DNA from: Terracidiphilus sp.
Lineage (GTDB): Bacteria > Acidobacteriota > Terriglobia > Terriglobales > Acidobacteriaceae
Assembly (NCBI GenBank): GCA_035606555.1
Contig: DATNFD010000044.1
Location: 756 to 64,755 of the forward strand
Direction of reading: 5' to 3'
Length of the DNA: 64,000 nt
Shown: positions 29,497 to 39,266 of the stretch, piece by piece
Layout: every line of letters begins with the position of its first letter
Numbering within the stretch: position 1 is the stretch's first letter
The notes under the pieces: model-generated
Seen by the model: only the letters and a program-made list of their open reading frames with translations
What the model was told of the DNA's origin: nothing
The model's database searches: none
Program-made: the position numbers and the translations under genes

Positions 29497-32232
29497 TCAC
29501 TCGTATCGCAGAGCCACGATGGGGTTTACCCGTGAGGCGCGGTGTGCCGGTAGAAATCCTGCAAGGAGAGCTACGGCGAGCAGCAGGGCGACGGACAGAG
29601 ACAGGCTGAAGAGTTCGGTGCCGTGCAGGCCATATAACATGCTCTCGATAAAACGGCGGCCCACGAGCGTGATGGGTATTCCCAGGAAAATGCCACCCGA
29701 AACAAGCAACAAGGTTTCACGCATGACGAGCCAACGAACATTGGAACGGTCTGCGCCTAGCGCGATGCGTATGCCGATTTCATTTGTGCGTCGGCTGATT
29801 GTGTAGGACATCACGCCGTAGATGCCGATGCAGGAGAGGAAGACAGCAAGGATTCCGAAGAAGGTTGATAGCTGTGCAACCAGCCGCTGGTTGGTCACGC
29901 TACGGGCGACCTGTTCGTCGAGTGTGGTGACGTTCATGATGGGCAGGGTGGGGTTGACGGAGTGGATCGTCTGCTGGACGGCGTGAGAGATGGCGCTGTA
30001 GTCGCCAGTGTAGCGCACTTCGAAGTCGCCGAAGCCCCACGAGCGCTGGCGATATGAAAGATAGTTGACGTTCTTTGTCTTTTCACGGAGGTCAGAAAAT
30101 TTGACATCCTTCACAATGCCAATGACCTCATGGTCGATATCTCTGCCATCGTCATGGATAGTGAAGTGACGACCGATGGGATTACCGGGAGGGAAGAGCG
30201 TTTGGGCGATGTGCTGGCTGATGACAGCTACGTGCTGTGAGTTTGCGGTATCGCTATGGTTGAAGGTTCTTCCGGCGAGGAGAGGGATCTGCATTGTTGC
30301 GAAGTATCCATCCCCTACGACGTTTTGATGAACTCCGATGTTTTCATTGCCGGGCATTCCGGGTACGAGCATGGCCTCCGTCCAACTCCCCTCGCGAAAA
30401 GTGAATGCTGAGAAGCTTGCTGCCTTCACCCCGGGGATCGCGCTGACATGCGTTTCGATCTCCTGAAACATGGCAGTAAGGCGGGGGTCGTTGTCTTTCA
30501 TCCCGGTAGACTGAGAGTCAATGTTGAGCCGCAGCACTCCTTGACGGTTGAAGCCGGGATCGATGCTGTTCAGGTTTGCCAGTGTGCGCAGGAAAAGACC
30601 GGCACCGACCATCAATACGAGCGAAAAGCAGACCTGAGCAATAACGAGAGCTTTGGCGAGCGGATTTCTGGCACTGGTGTTGCTGGATGCGCGGCCATCC
30701 TTTAACGAATCCGTCAGACGCAAGCGGGTCGCTCGGAATGCAGGCACGGTGCCGAAAAGCAGAGCGGTGAGGACTGTGACGGCGCAGGTAAAGCCGAGTA
30801 CGCGAAGGTCGAGTCCGGCATGGACAGGAATGGCGTCTGGGCCGCCGGAGACCATGCGAATAAGAACACGAATGGCGGCTGCTCCGAGAGCGATGCCGAC
30901 TGCGCCTCCGCAAAGAGCGAGGAAGAGGCTCTCCGTGAGCAACTGACGGATCAAGCGGTTGCGGTGAGCTCCGAGTGCCTGACGGACAGCCAGTTCACGG
31001 ACGCGAGCCGTTGAACGCCCCAGCAAAAGGTTGCCGATGTTGGCGCAGGCGATCAACAATACTAAGACGACCACGCCCATGAGGATCTGCAAGGGCTGGG
31101 AGAATTCCCGGCGAATGGAAGAGAGACCCGTGGCGACCGGGGTGAGCGGGACTTTGACCTTGTCGAGCTTCTGAAGGTTCTTCTCACCAAGATCCGCGTC
31201 CGAGAACCCGCGCGTGATCTGCTGAAGCAGGAGGTTCACGTTTGAGCTTGCCGTCTCCATCGAGACACCCGGTCTGAGCCGGCCGATGATGTTGAGGCAC
31301 TGCGTGAAGTTCCCGGTGTAGAAGTCCCAGCCTGGTGGAACATACTTTGTCATACCGAGCGGGACCCAGATATCAGGTGACTCTCCGACTTTTGTCCCAA
31401 AGAATTCGCCTGGCGCAACGCCCACGACGTTGAAAAAGGCAGAGCCGAGCTTGACTTTGCGCCCGAGAACATCGGGATCGCCAGCGAAGGCACGCTGCCA
31501 GAAACTCTGGCTGATGATGGCGACAGGGTGATCGCCTTGCGAAGTGTCGTCGCCCTCTTCGAGCATGCGACCGAGTTGAGCGCGAACGCCGAGCAAGGGA
31601 AAATAAGAGCCAGATACGAGCGCAACGTGCATCATCTCGGATTCAGTGTTTATCTGATCCGATCTTTCTACAATGAAGCCGTGCACGTCATCGGTCATGC
31701 TGAAGATCGCCGCGACATTAGAGAAGACATTGTTTCGCTTTTCCAGCTGACGATAGAACGGGTAAGAGTAAAGCTCGCTATCCGCGATGCTTGTTCCGAT
31801 CCCATCGTCACTGCCGGTGCCCAGCAATACCAGTTGTCCCGGATCCCTGACAGGCAGTGAGCGAAGCAGGACCGCGTCAAGAAGACTGAAGATCGCGGTG
31901 TTTGCGCCGATGCCCAGTGCCAGTGAGAGAACCGCGACTGCCGTGAGTACGCGGGTGTGCAAGAGAGAGCGCGCTCCGTAGGTGACATCCTGCAGAAAGT
32001 CATGAAGTATTTCGGATGTCCAGGCCATGCGGCTTCTCTCCTTGATTCGCGCTGAATTGCCGAAGCGGATGCGAGCAGCACGCCGTGCTTCGGAGGGGGC
32101 GAGGCCGCGTTCAGTCAGTTGCTTCTCGCGGAGATCGAGGTGCAACTGGATCTCTTCTGCGAGGTCGTTGTCGAACCGGGAGCGACGCCTTAAGGTTTGA
32201 AGGCGCCGAATGAGTTCTCGGATGAAGCCCAT
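29497..32232 (-). CDS. ADOP-family duplicated ABC permease
   Basis: Start reassigned to ATG 32232 (MGFIRELIRR), 8 nt after the padR stop with a GAGGA RBS. DLAEEIQLHL...AARIRFGN prefix, IACANIGNLLL, RTNEIGIRIALGA and NPIVALRYE. Confidence 0.93.
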   Translation of the reverse strand: MGFIRELIRRLQTLRRRSRFDNDLAEEIQLHLDLREKQLTERGLAPSEARRAARIRFGNSARIKERSRMAWTSEILHDFLQDVTYGARSLLHTRVLTAVAVLSLALGIGANTAIFSLLDAVLLRSLPVRDPGQLVLLGTGSDDGIGTSIADSELYSYPFYRQLEKRNNVFSNVAAIFSMTDDVHGFIVERSDQINTESEMMHVALVSGSYFPLLGVRAQLGRMLEEGDDTSQGDHPVAIISQSFWQRAFAGDPDVLGRKVKLGSAFFNVVGVAPGEFFGTKVGESPDIWVPLGMTKYVPPGWDFYTGNFTQCLNIIGRLRPGVSMETASSNVNLLLQQITRGFSDADLGEKNLQKLDKVKVPLTPVATGLSSIRREFSQPLQILMGVVVLVLLIACANIGNLLLGRSTARVRELAVRQALGAHRNRLIRQLLTESLFLALCGGAVGIALGAAAIRVLIRMVSGGPDAIPVHAGLDLRVLGFTCAVTVLTALLFGTVPAFRATRLRLTDSLKDGRASSNTSARNPLAKALVIAQVCFSLVLMVGAGLFLRTLANLNSIDPGFNRQGVLRLNIDSQSTGMKDNDPRLTAMFQEIETHVSAIPGVKAASFSAFTFREGSWTEAMLVPGMPGNENIGVHQNVVGDGYFATMQIPLLAGRTFNHSDTANSQHVAVISQHIAQTLFPPGNPIGRHFTIHDDGRDIDHEVIGIVKDVKFSDLREKTKNVNYLSYRQRSWGFGDFEVRYTGDYSAISHAVQQTIHSVNPTLPIMNVTTLDEQVARSVTNQRLVAQLSTFFGILAVFLSCIGIYGVMSYTISRRTNEIGIRIALGADRSNVRWLVMRETLLLVSGGIFLGIPITLVGRRFIESMLYGLHGTELFSLSLSVALLLAVALLAGFLPAHRASRVNPIVALRYE

Positions 32233-32240
32233 TTGAATCC

Positions 32241-32606
32241 TCACGCAGTTTGAACAACCCGAGTGATTGCGCCCATGACGCGCTCGAACTGAGCGATCTC
32301 TGCGTGCAACTGCTTGCGGCCCGATTGCGTGAGGGTGTAATAGCGAGCGCGACGGTTGCCGGCTGTGACTCCCCACTCGGCATTGACCCAGCCCTTAAGG
32401 AGCATACGTTGCAAAGCCGGATACAGTGAGCCCTCTTCGATTTGCAGAACGTCGTCAGATGCCTGTTGAATTCCTTCGGCAATTTCGTAGCCGTGTAATC
32501 GGCCTCGAACGGAGAGAGTCTTCAGAATCAGAAGATAGAGTGTGCCTGGAGGGATCTCGTCGCGTTCCGCCGGAGAAGCTTTGCTAAATCGGATGAGTGC
32601 TGCCAT
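32241..32606 (-). CDS. PadR-family transcriptional regulator (ADOP-associated)
   Basis: PPGTLYLLILKTL...HGYEIA...EEGSLYPALQRM...RRARYYTLT; GAGGAGAG RBS. Confidence 0.93.
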   Translation of the reverse strand: MAALIRFSKASPAERDEIPPGTLYLLILKTLSVRGRLHGYEIAEGIQQASDDVLQIEEGSLYPALQRMLLKGWVNAEWGVTAGNRRARYYTLTQSGRKQLHAEIAQFERVMGAITRVVQTA

Positions 32607-32627
32607 AGGCTCTCCTCATGAAAGTTC

Positions 32628-32642
32628 CATAGTCAAACTATG
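32628..32642. promoter_or_regulatory. Putative PadR operator CATAGT-CAA-ACTATG
   Basis: Perfect 6-bp inverted repeat with a 3-nt spacer, 21 nt upstream of the padR start. Confidence 0.6.
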
Positions 32643-32689
32643 TCAGTATGGCGAGAGGATGAGGGTGTGTCAAGAAGATCGTGACGGAC

Positions 32690-33130
32690 CGCGAGATGAG
32701 CGATGCGGTTCGACTGGAGCCATGCGATGGTGGAGTTCGCGGGCTTTGTCTCTTGTCCCTCGATGAACTCGAAGCGGCCAACGCGCAAAGACGATTCCTC
32801 GCCGTCATAACGAGCGAAACCTTGCTTCGGAAAAGCCGCTGCCGCATTGGAGTTGTTGTTTGCGGCGTAGTAGCTCGCACCGAGCCCCAGTTGGCCCTGC
32901 GCTGCCACGAAAGCGATGGCGTCGTCTGGCGCGGCCAGTATGGAAGGCTGGGATATTTCTTACCGCCAGTCCCAGCGATGCAGCCGCTGCGCCACTCCGA
33001 CGCGCAGCAGAGATTCGACATAGCCATTCGCGTTGTTGTAAGGCGGAGCTTCGAACCATTGCCAGGAGTCCACTCGAGTACGGTCGTATATCGACACGTT
33101 AAGAGCAGAACTTGGAGGCCATTCACTTAT
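32690..33130 (-). pseudogene. Truncated outer-membrane beta-barrel (alginate-export/AlgE-like) gene fragment
   Basis: One frame reads SIYDRTRVDSWQWFEAPPYNNANGYVESLLRVGVAQ...WDWR-stop(TAA 32960-32962)-EISQP...AQGQLGLGASYYAAN...LRVGRFEFIEG...NRIAHL and then breaks off. No signal peptide remains. Confidence 0.65.
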
Positions 33131-33169
33131 TGAATAGCATTATGTGCGTGTATTTCCGCTAAAGATCGA

Positions 33170-35377
33170 TCATTGTTGTGCCGTGTGGCTCAACGTACGC
33201 TCCACCCGCACCGCACATTGTTTGAAATTTGGTTCGCGCGATATAGGGTCAAATGCGCTCTGCGTAATCTGGTTTGCGTTCGTCTCGGCAAAGTGGAACG
33301 GAAGAAACACCTGTCCGGGAGCAACGATTTCTGTGACACGCAACTCGACCCTGCTCACCCGTCCGCGTGCAGAGATCACGTCGACGCGGTCATGCGCCTG
33401 AAGGTTCAGCTGGAACGCATCCTGAGGATTCATTTCGAGCCACGCTCGTGGCGAAATACGTTGCAGGATCGAAATGGCGCCCGTTTTCGTACGCGTGTGC
33501 CAGTGCTCCACTGTTCGCCCTGTATTGAGAATGAGAGGGAAGTCAGGATTTGGCTGTTCCGGAAATGGTTCCCACCGTGTTGGTATCAGCCGTGCTCGCC
33601 CATCGTCTGTTTGAAAGGTCCCGTCGCTGTAAAGACGAAGGGCTGATGCGCTCAAGCCCCTGCCCGCCGGATGTGGCCATTGAATGCCGCGGGACTCTTC
33701 GATCCCGGCGTAAGTCATGCCTGAGTAGTCGCACAGGCGTCCTGCTGAAACGCGCCGCCACTCATCGAATGCGTCGCGCGGCTCGCGCCAACCCGGAAAG
33801 AGCTCCTCTCTGCATCCAAGCCGTTCCGCGACAGCGAGAAAAATGTCAAAATCGCTGCGAGCCTCTCCTGGAGGCGCAACCGCCGTATTCACCTTGCTCA
33901 CTCGACGCTCCGAGTTCGTGTACGTGCCTTCCTTTTCGCCCCAGATCGCCGCTGGAAGCACCAGGTCAGCAAGCTTTGTCGTGGGGGTTGGATGAAAGCC
34001 GTCCTGCACAACGAGAAAATCGAGATTTCCCAAGGCGTGTTTGAGCACGTCGACATTTGGAAATGAAACCAGTGGATTGGTGCCGAGGATCCAAAGCGCC
34101 CGGATCTTTCCGGTCACCGCTCCTTCAATGATGTCGGGGTATGACAGGCCTCTCTGTGACGGGATGCGTTCGACGGGTACATTCCAGAGCTTCGCGATCT
34201 CTGCGCGGTCGAAATGGCTCTCGAATTTCCGGTACCCAGGAATGCAGGAAGTGAATCCAGCTTCGCGAGTGCCCATGGCATTGCACTGACCAGTGATAGA
34301 AAAGGGCGATGCGCCTTGCCGTCCGATGTTGCCCGTCAATAGCGCAAGATTGTTAATCGCGTTGACGGTCTCGGTACCCTTGGTGCTGTGGTTTACCCCC
34401 ATCGTCCAACCGATGAAAGCAGCCTTCGCGCTCGCATAGAGGACGGCAGTCTTTCGAATCAGCTCGGGGCTCAGTCCAGTGATTTGCGCAGAGGTATCGA
34501 GCGTGTATATGCCCAGCGACGCGCGAAGCTCGTCAAAACCTGATGTGTGTGCTGCGACGAAACCCTTGTCGTACAGCTCCTCGTCGATCACGACGCGCAG
34601 TATCGCATTGAGCAGGGCCAGGTCAGAACGCGGCTTTATGGGTAGATAAATGTCCGCCATCATTGCAGTCTTCGTCACTCGTGGATCCACCACGATCAGC
34701 GTCTTTGCCTTGTTGTCTTCAATGCGTGTGCATAGGATGGGATGATTCTCGGCGACGTTCGCACCGACCAACAGAATCAGATCGGCGTGTTCGAGATCCT
34801 CATAGGCTCCGGGAGGCCCATCGCTTCCGAATGAGCGTTTGTATCCAGCCACTGCCGTTGACATGCAGAGAGTCGTGTTGCCATCGTAATTACGCGTTCC
34901 AAACCCCAGTTGCACCAGCTTGCCCAGCGCGTAGAACTCTTCCGTGACTAGTTGGCCCGTGCTAATCACGCCGAGCGCATCCGATCCGTGTTTTGCCTGG
35001 ACCGCTCGAATTCGTTCGACCATCGTGTCGATGCCTTCCTGCCAGGACACGCGGACAAGCTCGTCTTTGATTTGCAGCAGCGGATGCTTCGCACGCCCTG
35101 CTGCTTCGATGGCATAGTGTTCAGCGAGGCCCTTCGGGCAGAGCTTTCCCCGATTTACAGGGTGCTCCGGATTGCCGCGCACACTCACAACGCGGCCATC
35201 CTTCACTCCCAGTTGCATGCCGCACCCCACGGAGCAATATCCGCAGGTGCTGTTGACCCAGTGATGAGCATGTTTTCCTGCCGATGTGAACCCCAATACA
35301 GGATCATCGCCATAGCTGTATTTGGCGGATCGGATATTGAAGCCGCCTTTGCGCGTCAGCCATTGCGCCAGCTTCAT
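33170..35377 (-). CDS. Molybdopterin (Mo-bisPGD) nitrate reductase catalytic subunit, Nas/NarB-like
   Basis: TCGYCSVGCG...LCPKG 4Fe-4S motif, NTTLCMSTA Mo-Cys, WTMGVNHS, TGQCNAMGTRE, LNTGRTVEHWHTRTKT and DPISREPNFK. Start at ATG 35377 overlaps the upstream stop. No Tat motif. Confidence 0.88.
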   Translation of the reverse strand: MKLAQWLTRKGGFNIRSAKYSYGDDPVLGFTSAGKHAHHWVNSTCGYCSVGCGMQLGVKDGRVVSVRGNPEHPVNRGKLCPKGLAEHYAIEAAGRAKHPLLQIKDELVRVSWQEGIDTMVERIRAVQAKHGSDALGVISTGQLVTEEFYALGKLVQLGFGTRNYDGNTTLCMSTAVAGYKRSFGSDGPPGAYEDLEHADLILLVGANVAENHPILCTRIEDNKAKTLIVVDPRVTKTAMMADIYLPIKPRSDLALLNAILRVVIDEELYDKGFVAAHTSGFDELRASLGIYTLDTSAQITGLSPELIRKTAVLYASAKAAFIGWTMGVNHSTKGTETVNAINNLALLTGNIGRQGASPFSITGQCNAMGTREAGFTSCIPGYRKFESHFDRAEIAKLWNVPVERIPSQRGLSYPDIIEGAVTGKIRALWILGTNPLVSFPNVDVLKHALGNLDFLVVQDGFHPTPTTKLADLVLPAAIWGEKEGTYTNSERRVSKVNTAVAPPGEARSDFDIFLAVAERLGCREELFPGWREPRDAFDEWRRVSAGRLCDYSGMTYAGIEESRGIQWPHPAGRGLSASALRLYSDGTFQTDDGRARLIPTRWEPFPEQPNPDFPLILNTGRTVEHWHTRTKTGAISILQRISPRAWLEMNPQDAFQLNLQAHDRVDVISARGRVSRVELRVTEIVAPGQVFLPFHFAETNANQITQSAFDPISREPNFKQCAVRVERTLSHTAQQ

Positions 35378-37002
35378 GCAGCCTCCTGCACCAGATACTC
35401 GCTCGCCATGTTGGTGGGTACAACCGAAACAAAGAATAGATATCTTCCCATGAATTCTTCCGCGACGATCAGGAGTCCGACTACGATGCGAGGCCATCCA
35501 CCACTTCCAAAGGCCGCAACACCCATTCCTGCGAGCATCAATACCAAGCGAATGAGAAGGTGGTTGGAATACACACTCGCGAGCAATTGCCAGGAGCTGT
35601 GTAGTTCATGGACGCGCGATTTGGCGAGACGTACCAGCTTCAGCCCGGCAATCGCGAGTGCGAAAGCAATACTCCAAACAATCGCGGCTTGCGGCCTCGC
35701 CGAAACGAGTACATTCGCTCCGCAGAATCCAAGCACGATCGTTGTACTGCCGAACTCTGCAAAGGTCAGCGGGGTGTTCCAAGCCGGGCGTCCCTTTACG
35801 AGATAGAGTCTCGCGCTTGCGCCGACTCCGCAGATCCCCAATACGGCGGTAAGTGCTCCCAGGCACGTCGTACTGCGAGAGTTGATCCAGAGCGTTCCTG
35901 AATATGTCGCTCCCGCCAGAGCAAACAACGTGAAGAGCAGGACTTCCCGGCTAAGCCACGATCGACGCCACATCTTCAGCGCGCGGATCGCATGAAGTGG
36001 ACGTCCCAGGTGCAGTGTCGACGCGCCGAGCGCAACCAATGCCACCACGAGCGCAACCAAGGCTGCAGCACGGTGCGGCTGATCGCCAAATACCTGTAAG
36101 AACCAGATCGAGGCAAATGCTCCCACAGAAAGCTGCGTCAGGATCGTCATTACGATCAAGGGCCAATGCGCCTCTGCCGCCCGAAGATGTCGAAGATCAA
36201 CCTTGCCAACATCTGCCGGCATCTTTACCGGAAGACTTACACGTGTCGTGGAGATGCTGTCATCGGCTGAAGGCATGCCGGGAGAGTTTGCGGATGCGCG
36301 GTAGTCGTTTCGCCATTCGCCTACATTCACAAGCTCGATGCGGATCGCACTTTCAGGGCATGCAGCGGCGCAAGCGGGCTCCTGACCTCGAGCGAGCCTT
36401 CCATAGCACATGTCGCACTTGCCCACTACGCCGCGTTCAGGGTTGTACTGCGGCACGCCGTAGGAGCAGTTCCACGTGCAGTACTGGCAACCGATACAGG
36501 CATCTGCGCTATGGCGGACGATTCCCGTGAGGCTATCTTTGCTGTACGCGTCGACTGGACATCCCGTCAGACACGTTGGCTCAAGGCAGTGATTGCAGCC
36601 CATCGAAATGTAATGACGATGAGTCTTCGGGTAAACGCCGCCTTCGATCTCACCGACACGCCGCCACAGAATGTCCGCTGGGTTTCCGTTTTGTTCATTG
36701 CAGGCCACCACGCAACATTTGCAGCCAATGCACTTCGTCATATCGAAGTGAAAGCGATATTGCTCACCCGGCCCTGGAAGATGCGGCAGAGGGTTCTGCG
36801 AACCCGCTCCGCAGAGGGAGCCCATAACTGGGTTCTCGTGAGTATGCGCCTCGGATGTCGTCGAGGGGGTCAGGTGGAAGGCGTCGCCGCCTTCTAGAAC
36901 TCGTGTAAGCAGGGGAAGTTCCACGTTGGCTCCTGTCGTTTCGCGAAGCGAGACGAAATCTGCCGAGCGTTGCAGATGCCTGGCGCAGTTCGCGTCGGGC
37001 AT
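35374..37002 (-). CDS. Fused 4Fe-4S (DmsB-like) + DmsC/YnfH-type membrane anchor
   Basis: CIGCKCCVVAC, CNHCLEPTCLTGCP, CIGCQYCTWNC and KCDMC...PACAAACP, followed by HWPLIVMT, STLHLGRP, SWLSRE, EEFMGRYLFF and about 8 TM helices. Exact start uncertain. Confidence 0.88.
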   Translation of the reverse strand: MPDANCARHLQRSADFVSLRETTGANVELPLLTRVLEGGDAFHLTPSTTSEAHTHENPVMGSLCGAGSQNPLPHLPGPGEQYRFHFDMTKCIGCKCCVVACNEQNGNPADILWRRVGEIEGGVYPKTHRHYISMGCNHCLEPTCLTGCPVDAYSKDSLTGIVRHSADACIGCQYCTWNCSYGVPQYNPERGVVGKCDMCYGRLARGQEPACAAACPESAIRIELVNVGEWRNDYRASANSPGMPSADDSISTTRVSLPVKMPADVGKVDLRHLRAAEAHWPLIVMTILTQLSVGAFASIWFLQVFGDQPHRAAALVALVVALVALGASTLHLGRPLHAIRALKMWRRSWLSREVLLFTLFALAGATYSGTLWINSRSTTCLGALTAVLGICGVGASARLYLVKGRPAWNTPLTFAEFGSTTIVLGFCGANVLVSARPQAAIVWSIAFALAIAGLKLVRLAKSRVHELHSSWQLLASVYSNHLLIRLVLMLAGMGVAAFGSGGWPRIVVGLLIVAEEFMGRYLFFVSVVPTNMASEYLVQEAA

Positions 37003-37366
37003 AACGTCTCACAATGTGCGTAAAGTTTTGCCGCTGAGGTCGGCTCATCGCGGAGCCACGCGGTCATCACCCATGAAGAGATGCTGCCGGCGTCCGAAGC
37101 CAGCCAGAAACGAAGCGCACTCTTAGATGGTCACTCCGTCCGGGGTGATTGCGTTCGAGCATAACGTTGATCTAACGTGTGTGCAAGTGAAAAGTGGAAG
37201 CCACGTTCCGCGCGGCATCTTGATGGCTTCCTTATCTCGCTTCGACGAATCTAAAGAGAGGTGCGCTGCATGCCAGTGCTTAGAAGAATTGTCTGGAGAC
37301 GCGCCCTGTAAGTTCGAGGGCTAAGACATTTGCTTGAGTTGGAAATTCTTCCGATCGAGAGACGAA

Positions 37367-39031
37367 ATGACCGCACCAAATTTCGATGGGATCCGGGTGC
37401 TGAGCCTTGAGTCGCGTCGTGCTGTCGAAGCTGCAAAACTAATTCGCACTTACGGGGGCGTACCGCTCACCGCGCCAGCTATGCGTGAGATTCCGATTGA
37501 ATCTGATGGACCGATCCTCGAGTTTGCAGAGGCGCTGGTTGGCGGCACATACGATCTGGTGATCTTCACCACTGGGGTTGGCGTGCGCGCTCTTATCAAG
37601 ACAATTTCTGAGCGCAGTGATCGCGAGGAGTTCCTCACCGCCTTGCGCTCGGTCAAGATTGCCGTGCGGGGGCCGAAGTCGTCTACCGCTCTGCGAGAGC
37701 TGGGTGTCCCCATCGCCGTCGTGACTCCCGATCCATTCACATGGCGCGCGCTGGTGCAGGCAATGGAGGACAAATTCGGAAGCGACCTTACCGGCATGAA
37801 CATCGCTGTCCAGGAATATGGCACGTCCAACCCTGAACTCCTCACGGCTCTCGCTGAGAAGAGCGTCTCGATCACGCGCGTGCTCGTCTACCAATGGGCA
37901 CTGCCCGAAGATATTCAACCACTACGTGAAGCAGTAATCGCACTCGCACATGGGCACGTTGATGTCGTGCTATTCATGAACGCCGGGCAGGTGGCTCATC
38001 TCTTCCTTATCGCGGATCGCATGGGATATACCGACGCGCTCTACGAAGGATTGCGTTCCACAGCGATCGGATCGATTGGGCCGAGCACGACTGAGGGACT
38101 CTCGATGTACCGGCTTGCTCCCGACTTTGAACCCTCGCAGTCGAAGATGGGCTTCCTGATTAAAGAGGTTGCTGAGAATGCAGCCACGTTGCTCAGCCAG
38201 AAGCGCGCAGCCGCATCTCTTCATGTTTCAAGTAACGCGCCCGGGACGATTAGCCCACTCCTGACCGGGAATTCAACGGCAGGACAATTCGCGAAGCCGG
38301 CAATCTCAGGCGTAGACTTTCTGCACGAAATCGGCAGCCGCATGGCGGCATCTGATCCGCTGCACACCGTGCTAAATCGCATTGTGGACTTTGCTTGTTC
38401 CTTGATCCAATGCGACTCCTGTTTTGTCTACGTGCTGGAAGGCGATCAACTGGTGATGCGCGCCTCAAAGAATCCGCACTGCGATCTCGTTGATCATCTG
38501 GGCATTTGGCTAGGGCAGGGCATCACCGGCTGGGTGGGCTGGCATCGCGAACCCGTGGCCATCCCTGAGAAGGCGCTTAAAGATCCTCGCTTTCAGCGTT
38601 TCAAGAATCTGCCGGAAGACACTTTCGAAGCGTTTCTCTCAGTACCAATTCTCTGCCGCAGCAAGCTCGTAGGAGTCATTAACCTGCAACATCGTAAATC
38701 GTACCATTACACCGAACACGAAGTCCGGCTGCTGACCGCCGTTGGTCACCTAGTTGGCGCGGAACTGGAACGTGCAAGGCTGGAAAGCGAAAATCTGGAG
38801 CTCTCAGACAGACTGGAGTCGCGAAAACATGTTGAGAAAGCAAAGGGGATTTTGCAGCGCGACTTCGGACTCGACGAGAATAGCGCCTATCGAGCAATGC
38901 AGCGGGAAAGCAGGCGACGGCGCAAGTCAATGCGTGAAATTGCCGAGGCGATCCTACTGAATGACGATCTGCGCAAAAATCGCTGGTCATTTGCAGCGCA
39001 GACAAACGAAGACGAGTCGTCATCGAAGTAA
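37367..39031 (+). CDS. HemD (uroporphyrinogen-III synthase-like) - GAF - ANTAR fusion regulator
   Basis: LESRRA, TTGVG, RGPK, QEYG, VYQW and IGP in the HemD part. GAF motifs GQGITGWV, DPRF and FLSVPI...GVINL. ANTAR motif LESRKHVEKAKGILQ...AYRAMQRES...SMREIAEAI. Confidence 0.88.
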   Translation: MTAPNFDGIRVLSLESRRAVEAAKLIRTYGGVPLTAPAMREIPIESDGPILEFAEALVGGTYDLVIFTTGVGVRALIKTISERSDREEFLTALRSVKIAVRGPKSSTALRELGVPIAVVTPDPFTWRALVQAMEDKFGSDLTGMNIAVQEYGTSNPELLTALAEKSVSITRVLVYQWALPEDIQPLREAVIALAHGHVDVVLFMNAGQVAHLFLIADRMGYTDALYEGLRSTAIGSIGPSTTEGLSMYRLAPDFEPSQSKMGFLIKEVAENAATLLSQKRAAASLHVSSNAPGTISPLLTGNSTAGQFAKPAISGVDFLHEIGSRMAASDPLHTVLNRIVDFACSLIQCDSCFVYVLEGDQLVMRASKNPHCDLVDHLGIWLGQGITGWVGWHREPVAIPEKALKDPRFQRFKNLPEDTFEAFLSVPILCRSKLVGVINLQHRKSYHYTEHEVRLLTAVGHLVGAELERARLESENLELSDRLESRKHVEKAKGILQRDFGLDENSAYRAMQRESRRRRKSMREIAEAILLNDDLRKNRWSFAAQTNEDESSSK

Positions 39032-39266
39032 CGCAACCTTCGCAGCGCTGGGCACTTGTGCAGGTGAACGACTTGGCGTAGCATCAATCTCAAGGTGAGA
39101 CTCGGTTGTCTCCCTTTCCATCACCCCGACACCATGCCGTGTTAGGGCTTTCCGAGCAAAACCTATATCGATTCGTTGTGTAATCGAGACATCGTTTGCC
39201 CTGTCTGCTGCCCACAATCATCGATGCGCTTCGGTGTACTCAGCTCACCAACAAAGGGGGTTCGGC

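Noticed and set aside
37003-37366. Sigma54 promoter or narK remnant in the divergent nitrate intergenic region
   Set aside because: TGGCATG is present on the minus strand but lacks TTGC at the GG-N10-GC spacing, and translations show no transporter motif.
39088-39143. ANTAR-target dual hairpin upstream of nirA (TCTC-AAGGT-GAGA and GACAC-CATGCC-GTGTT)
   Set aside because: The first loop is 5 nt, the second hexaloop starts with C, spacing is 27 nt and no terminator follows. Not canonical; a covariance-model search is needed.
39207-39215. GCTGCCCAC match to the tRNA-Val 3' end as an att site
   Set aside because: Only 9 bp, expected by chance, upstream of the tRNA and with no integrase in the window.
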